DNA from: Candidatus Bathyarchaeia archaeon
GTDB lineage: Archaea > Thermoproteota > Bathyarchaeia > Bathyarchaeales > Bathycorpusculaceae
Reading direction: 5' to 3'
Assembly: GCA_050010755.1 (NCBI GenBank)
Contig: JBEKKK010000002.1
Location: 96,001-160,000, forward strand
Length of the DNA stretch: 64,000 bases
Below, piece by piece: positions 58,761-64,000 of the stretch (position 1 is the first letter of the stretch; every line of letters begins with the position of its first letter). A program made the translations under genes and the position numbers. The notes under the pieces were generated by a model. The model was not told where the DNA came from, ran no database searches, and saw nothing but the letters and a program-made list of their open reading frames with translations.

Positions 58761-59093
58761 GCCGTCAACTCGACTGCAAAATTAGCACACGCATTATATT
58801 AAATGGTCGCATCGACCAAAACGGAACTCCACGTTGGTTCTGAATCTCTCCAGCATCCTGTCAACGACCCGCCAAGGAACTGAGCGTACGTTCTCATTCC
58901 CGTCCTTTTCATCCCCTGTTCAGTATTTGTGGATATGTGACTGCAACTCGATCGGCACAGCAGGTGTCTTGGACAGAACTATTCTATTTGGAAAATGAGA
59001 GCGCGTGCTGGCATCGGAGTAGCTTGAGAAAGCTAGACTTGCAGGCGTTCAATTACGCAAACAAGTCGGGCACCCGACTGAAGAAGAATGTCC

Positions 59094-60128
59094 CTATGGC
59101 GTGCACAGCTCCGAAGGGGACTTTAAACAGATCAGCGAAAGCGGGCTTTGGCTTGTTTTCACGGCTTTCTTTTTGCAGATTATGACTGCTAGCAGTGTTG
59201 CTATCAAGAATAGTGGCAGAACTAGGAATGATGGAAACTCTGGAACTACCGCATATGGAACCGCAAGCGGGTAATAGTCGGTATTGTTTGCGTCAATGAC
59301 ATAGGGAGTGTTCCAGACGCCTGAGCTGTCAACTTGAGTGGCGTTCGGACACTTTGTCAGATAGTCGCTCCAGTAGTTACCCACGCTTCCATTATCCCAA
59401 ACGTTAGTTGAGTCTGAAGAATAAACTTGGCTAAAAGTGTTGTTTACAAAGTTGTTATTGTAGATTGTGTTGTTAGAAGAAGAATCGAAATAAATGCCAA
59501 TCGAGTTGTTCGCAAAGTTATTGCCAAACAAAATGTTGTTAAAAGAATAGTCAGAATAAATGCTCCAATCGTTGTTTGTGAAATCGTTGCCAGACAAAGT
59601 GTCGTTAGAACAGCTGCCGAGAACGATACCATCGATGGGGTTAGCCGTAACGTTGTTGCCCGATAAAACATCGTTGTTAGAAAAGTCGAGCATAATGCTA
59701 CCCATCCTGCTGCTCGTTGTAACGGTGTTGCCAGACAAAGTGCAGTTAGAAGAATACTCAAGGTCAATGCTAAAGCCGAAGTTTTCTATGGTCATGTTAC
59801 GTATGGTCACGTTGCTCTGTCTCGTGACATTTATTCCTGCATTTACTCCACTACCACTTCCGCTTCCCGTCATGGTGCAGCCTGCCCCGTTCAAAACGAC
59901 GTTGTTTCTCTCAATCAGAATTCCATCAGTGGCGGCGCTGATGTTGCCAGTTAAAGTGTATGTAATGTTGTCTGCCGAATAGATGGGGGCAGTTGACGGG
60001 CTTACGCTTCCATCTGCGTTAATGTAGATAGGTGCACTCTCAGCCTTGACAACGTGAATCAATCCCGTTATTGATGACACGGAAAGCAAACACAGAATTG
60101 TAAGCAAAACCAAAACAGCCCTGTTCAT
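59094..60128 (-). CDS. Secreted NosD/CASH parallel beta-helix protein with a PEF-CTERM anchor
   Basis: Signal peptide; IYINADGS, Asn-rich beta-helix repeats, GNYWSDY, DYYPL; VPEFPS + TM + KKK. Confidence 0.88.
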   Translation of the reverse strand: MNRAVLVLLTILCLLSVSSITGLIHVVKAESAPIYINADGSVSPSTAPIYSADNITYTLTGNISAATDGILIERNNVVLNGAGCTMTGSGSGSGVNAGINVTRQSNVTIRNMTIENFGFSIDLEYSSNCTLSGNTVTTSSRMGSIMLDFSNNDVLSGNNVTANPIDGIVLGSCSNDTLSGNDFTNNDWSIYSDYSFNNILFGNNFANNSIGIYFDSSSNNTIYNNNFVNNTFSQVYSSDSTNVWDNGSVGNYWSDYLTKCPNATQVDSSGVWNTPYVIDANNTDYYPLAVPYAVVPEFPSFLVLPLFLIATLLAVIICKKKAVKTSQSPLSLICLKSPSELCTP

Positions 60129-60332
60129 CCTACGCCACTTCCATTCATAGTCTAGAGATTGATTGAGTCAGTTCATATGACTTTTGTAAGAATCCTCAAT
60201 TGAAATCGTGAATATGAGAAAATGGCGCCCTCTTCATCAAGCATCATTGGGCAGGATTCAAACTGGCTGATTGATCAATTTGCATCTTCAAAATAATTCG
60301 GTTTTCGTTTGAACGCATCTGTCTCGGGCGTG

Positions 60333-61451
60333 TTATAGTGCTAGATTGAGCAGTTCGGCAATGTCCATGATTTGGATTTTGCCCTCGGAGCCTGTAGTTT
60401 TGACGGCGTCTTCAAATGTTAATAGGCAGTATGGGCAGGCTGTGGCCAGGATTTCCGCTCCAGCTTCCACAGCGTCTTTAACGCGGGTTTCCGCTAAGCG
60501 TGGACCGGGAATGTCAACCCACATTCTTCCTCCGCCTCCTTCGCAGCAGACGCTTCGAGCTCGGGACCGGTCGAACTCCAACAGTTTGACGCCAGGCACG
60601 CTTTCGATAACTTTTCTCGGTTCTTCGTATATGCCGTTTTGTTTGCCTAGGAAGCACGGGTCGTGATAGATGACTTTCTTGTTCACTTCCTTCGAAAACG
60701 CCAGTTTTTTATCTTCAATCAGCTTAGCGAGCAGTTGAGTGTGATGTTGTATTTCGAAGCTTGTCTGGTTGTACCTGTTCTTGAACGCGTGATAGCCGTG
60801 CGGGCAGCTTGTCACTGCTTGTTTGACATTGTACTTGTTGAAGGTTTTCATGTTCTCTTCAACCAGGAAGTCGAAAAGGCCTTTTTCTCCCATGCCGTAG
60901 ACTTCGCTTCCGCAGCAGTTTTCTTCGTCGCCTAGAACACCGAAGTTCACCCCAGCCTTTGCAAGGACACACGCTAAGCTCTTGGCGACACTTTGGACTC
61001 GCGGATCATAAGCCGAGGTACAACCTACAAAGTATAGAACGTCTGCACCTTGCGACATGTGTTTCAGGTTCAGATCTTGAGCCCATTCTGACCTTTTGTT
61101 GCGGATTCTTCCCCATGGGTTGCCGTTCTTGAATATGCTTTCCAGCGCGTCTCTTATCGTCGGGGCGATTTGTCCTTCCTCAACGGCTATTCCGCGGATG
61201 TCAATCAAAAACTCGTACGGGTTCAAATCTTTTGGGCAACGGACGCCGCACGTGCTACAGGTTGTGCAGCTCCACAGCTCATTCTGAGAATGCTGAGTGA
61301 GCTTGCCCATTGTGGCAACTTCTCGCATGTACTTTCTGACGTTAAGGTTGGCTTTGCGGGCAACTGGGCAACTTCCCGTGCATGTTCCACACTGAATGCA
61401 TTCGAGAAGCTTGTGTTTCTGAGTGAGTTCTTGAGCGTTCATGTTGCCCAT
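60333..61451 (-). CDS. HdrD/GlpC-like Fe-S oxidoreductase (2[4Fe-4S] + two CCG domains)
   Basis: CIQCGTCTGSCP, CTTCSTCGVRCP, YFVGC, ENCCG, YHDPC, CCEGGG, ACPYC. Confidence 0.9.
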   Translation of the reverse strand: MGNMNAQELTQKHKLLECIQCGTCTGSCPVARKANLNVRKYMREVATMGKLTQHSQNELWSCTTCSTCGVRCPKDLNPYEFLIDIRGIAVEEGQIAPTIRDALESIFKNGNPWGRIRNKRSEWAQDLNLKHMSQGADVLYFVGCTSAYDPRVQSVAKSLACVLAKAGVNFGVLGDEENCCGSEVYGMGEKGLFDFLVEENMKTFNKYNVKQAVTSCPHGYHAFKNRYNQTSFEIQHHTQLLAKLIEDKKLAFSKEVNKKVIYHDPCFLGKQNGIYEEPRKVIESVPGVKLLEFDRSRARSVCCEGGGGRMWVDIPGPRLAETRVKDAVEAGAEILATACPYCLLTFEDAVKTTGSEGKIQIMDIAELLNLAL

Positions 61452-61539
61452 CACTTTTATTTGAATGGGGAGCATAAGATTATTAAAGCGTTTTCCCGTG
61501 AATTGTTTGAAACATATCATGCAAAAGGAGATTTCACCC

Positions 61540-63906
61540 ATGGAGAAGAAATCGCCAAAAATCGGCGTTTTCGTCTGCGAATGTGGAGGCAACATCGGGG
61601 AAGTTGTGGATGTCAAGACGGTCGTTGATACTGTTAAGACATGGGAAGGTGTTGCCGTAGCAAAATATCACAAGTATCTGTGCTCGAAACCGGCTCAGGA
61701 AATGATTCTCGACGCAGTGAAAAAAGAAAATCTGGACCGAGTTGTGGTTGCAAGCTGCACGCCGCGCATGCATCTTGCCACTTTTCAGAGTGTCTTGGAA
61801 CGGGCTGGATTGAACCCGTTTATGCTTGAATTCGTTAACATAAGGGAGCAGGACTCATGGATATTGGGGCCGCACCCGTCGCCTGAAGCAACGAAGAAAG
61901 CCATCAGCTTGATAAGAGGCGGCTACGAGAGAAGCCGCGAGCTTGAGCCTTTGCAGCCTATAAGCGAGAAGGGCTCCAGAGAAATTCTCATCATCGGTGG
62001 AGGAATCGCTGGCATAACTTCAGCCCTTGAGCTTGGATATTTGGGTTACAAGGTTGACCTTGTCGAACGAAAGTCCAGCCTAGGCGGCAACATGGCTAAA
62101 CTGACGAAGGTTTTTCCAACTCTGGACTGTGCCCAGTGCATTCTGACGCCAAGGATGGCGGAAGTGGGAAGAAACACAAACGTCAACCTTTACACTTACG
62201 CTGAAGTTGAAGAAGTCAGCGGAAGACCGGGCAACTATGATGTAAAGATACACATGAAACCCCGTGGCGTTGACGTTCAGAAATGCAGAAGTTGCGGTGT
62301 CTGCGCAAAAGTTTGTCCGGTACCAGTTTCAGACGAGTTTAATGAAGGTTGGTCCCAACGAAAGGCAGCATACATCGAGTTTCCACAAGCTGTCCCATCA
62401 GCCTACACCATCGACTTCAGCGCGTGCACAAAATGCGGAAAATGTGAGCAGCTTTGTCCAGCCAAGGCCATAAGCTTGGCAGATCCTGGAAGCACCGTCA
62501 ACCTTCACGTCGGCGGCATAATAGTCGCCACCGGCTATCAACTCTATGATGCTAAGAAACTCGAAACCTACGGATACGGCACTTACAAAGACGTTATCAC
62601 AATGATGGATCTGGAGCGGTTCGTCTCAGCAACAGGGCCGACAAGTGGCTACATCAAGAAAGCCGACGGCACCGACGTTAAACGCATGGCGATAGTGCTC
62701 TGTGCAGGCTCACGGGACAAGAACTACGTCCCCTATTGCAGCAGGATCTGCTGCATGTACTCTTTAAAGCAGGCCTTTGTGCTCAAAAAAATGCTCGGCA
62801 TAGACGTGAGCATCTACTATACGGACATCAGAGCAACGGGCAGAGGCTACGAGGATCTCTACTGGCGAGACCAGGAAGCTGGTGTCACATTTATCCGCGG
62901 AAAGGTGGCTGAGGTTTACAAGAACGCCAAGGATGGCAAGCTCGTTGCCGTTGCGGAAGACACGATAACGGGCGAGGTGACCGAGGAAGAGTTCGACATG
63001 ATTGCCTTGGCCACGCCCATGGTTCCGCCCTCAGGGTTGAAGGAGCTTGCCGAGAAGATGAAAGTCAGCGTCAGCGAAGACGGCTTCGTCACGGAAAAGC
63101 ATCCTAAACTCGACCCTGTCGATTCGCTTGTTACTGGCATCTATGCGTGCGGTTGCGCCCTAAGTCCAAAAGATGTGAGAGACACGGTTTCGGACGGTTT
63201 GGCTGCATCAGCGAAGGCGGCGTTGTTCCTGAAGAGCGACTACGTTACGACAAGTCCGGAGAAAGCTTTCGTCATCAGCGACTTGTGCAACGGCTGCAAA
63301 GGTTGTGTTCCAACCTGTCCAACAAACGCGATAAGCATGCAGGACGGAAAAGCCAAGATTGACCCGTTCCTGTGCACAGGCTGCGGCGCGTGCATACCCG
63401 TCTGTCCTCAAGAGGCTATCGACTTCAAGAACGCGACGACCAAGGAGATAAGAGCAAGTCTACGAGGAGTACTTGCAGAAAAGCAGCCGGGCGAGGTCAG
63501 AGTCGTTGCCTTCGTGGACAAGAACGTTGGCTACACAGGCATGGACTTTCTAGGCCTAGACCGCACAAACTACCCTGAAAACATCCGCATCGTACCAGTC
63601 CCAACCACCGCCATCCTGAGCTTGAAACATCTTCTATACGCATTCGCATACGGGGCCGACGGTGTTCTGGTCATCGAAGGAACGCAGGAAATCGACGAAA
63701 AGTTTACGAAAAAGAAAATGATCGACATGGGAAAAGAACTGGCGAAATACAATGTTGAAAGCATGAGAGTACGCTACAGCTACGTTCCTCTTCCAGTTTA
63801 TAAGAAGGCAGCAGAACTTTTCACCATGTTCACGGATAGAATCAAGAAGTTCGGTCCGTTTCCGGAAGAAAAACGCAACGCAATAAAACAAAAGCTTGGC
63901 CTGTAA
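61540..63906 (+). CDS. hdrA: Second HdrA fused to a degenerate MvhD-like domain
   Basis: GVFVCECG, GGGIAG, KVFPTLDC, CAGSR, CSRICC and ferredoxin motifs; C-terminal YPENIRIV..AFAYGADGVLV without cysteines. Confidence 0.92.
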   Translation: MEKKSPKIGVFVCECGGNIGEVVDVKTVVDTVKTWEGVAVAKYHKYLCSKPAQEMILDAVKKENLDRVVVASCTPRMHLATFQSVLERAGLNPFMLEFVNIREQDSWILGPHPSPEATKKAISLIRGGYERSRELEPLQPISEKGSREILIIGGGIAGITSALELGYLGYKVDLVERKSSLGGNMAKLTKVFPTLDCAQCILTPRMAEVGRNTNVNLYTYAEVEEVSGRPGNYDVKIHMKPRGVDVQKCRSCGVCAKVCPVPVSDEFNEGWSQRKAAYIEFPQAVPSAYTIDFSACTKCGKCEQLCPAKAISLADPGSTVNLHVGGIIVATGYQLYDAKKLETYGYGTYKDVITMMDLERFVSATGPTSGYIKKADGTDVKRMAIVLCAGSRDKNYVPYCSRICCMYSLKQAFVLKKMLGIDVSIYYTDIRATGRGYEDLYWRDQEAGVTFIRGKVAEVYKNAKDGKLVAVAEDTITGEVTEEEFDMIALATPMVPPSGLKELAEKMKVSVSEDGFVTEKHPKLDPVDSLVTGIYACGCALSPKDVRDTVSDGLAASAKAALFLKSDYVTTSPEKAFVISDLCNGCKGCVPTCPTNAISMQDGKAKIDPFLCTGCGACIPVCPQEAIDFKNATTKEIRASLRGVLAEKQPGEVRVVAFVDKNVGYTGMDFLGLDRTNYPENIRIVPVPTTAILSLKHLLYAFAYGADGVLVIEGTQEIDEKFTKKKMIDMGKELAKYNVESMRVRYSYVPLPVYKKAAELFTMFTDRIKKFGPFPEEKRNAIKQKLGL

Positions 63907-63937
63907 ACATCGTCTTCACTTCCATTCAAACAGTGGA

Positions 63938-63992
63938 TATTTTTCTATTTGTCCTTCTCTGTTTTTGACTGTGAAACAGCCTTTTTCTATTC
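63938..63992 (+). terminator. Probable archaeal oligo-T terminator region
   Basis: Several T-tracts directly after the hdrA stop at 63906. Confidence 0.45.
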
Positions 63993-64000
63993 CTAAATAA

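Noticed and set aside
39834-63906. Selenocysteine recoding in HdrA/MvhD
   Set aside because: Both frames are open with no in-frame TGA; the usual Sec positions are Cys or absent.
1-64000. Many 60-320-aa alternative-frame and antisense ORFs in the track (e.g. 39369-40337, 41307-42026, 9500-10108)
   Set aside because: They shadow well-supported genes and show no motifs or SD signals.

Overview
Archaeal chromosomal window, most likely Bathyarchaeia. This is inferred from eS1/S3ae, aIF-1A, Alba, a bacterial-type SerRS, HdrA-MvhD fusions, PEF-CTERM NosD-like proteins and frequent TTG/GTG starts with GGAG/GGTG Shine-Dalgarno sites. There are about 55 CDSs and two pseudogenes. I saw no tRNA, rRNA, CRISPR array or transposase. 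Main blocks: (1) a cluster of small nucleic-acid-binding genes at 1.6-4.9 kb (aIF-1A, an OB-fold protein, two CxxC-x17-CxxC zinc ribbons, a wHTH, and very basic microproteins; three of its genes are missed by the ORF track), with a sister module at 33.4-35.7 kb (DEAD-box helicase, Alba, a paralogous OB-fold protein); (2) mgtA, alkD, pdxST, a beta-propeller surface protein and an MMPL transporter; (3) a glnA plus split glutamate synthase operon; (4) two ABC-2 exporters; (5) an energy-metabolism block with an HdrC-GltD fusion, HdrA-MvhD, KorDABG, NfnAB, TrxB, an HdrD-like protein and a second HdrA whose MvhD domain has lost all cysteines. The best leads are the two paralogous RNA-handling modules with structured leaders, the Hdr/Nfn-Kor operon, the Cys-less MvhD, and (CG)n tracts that appear concentrated in intergenic DNA. 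All functional calls come from motif recognition, not database searches.
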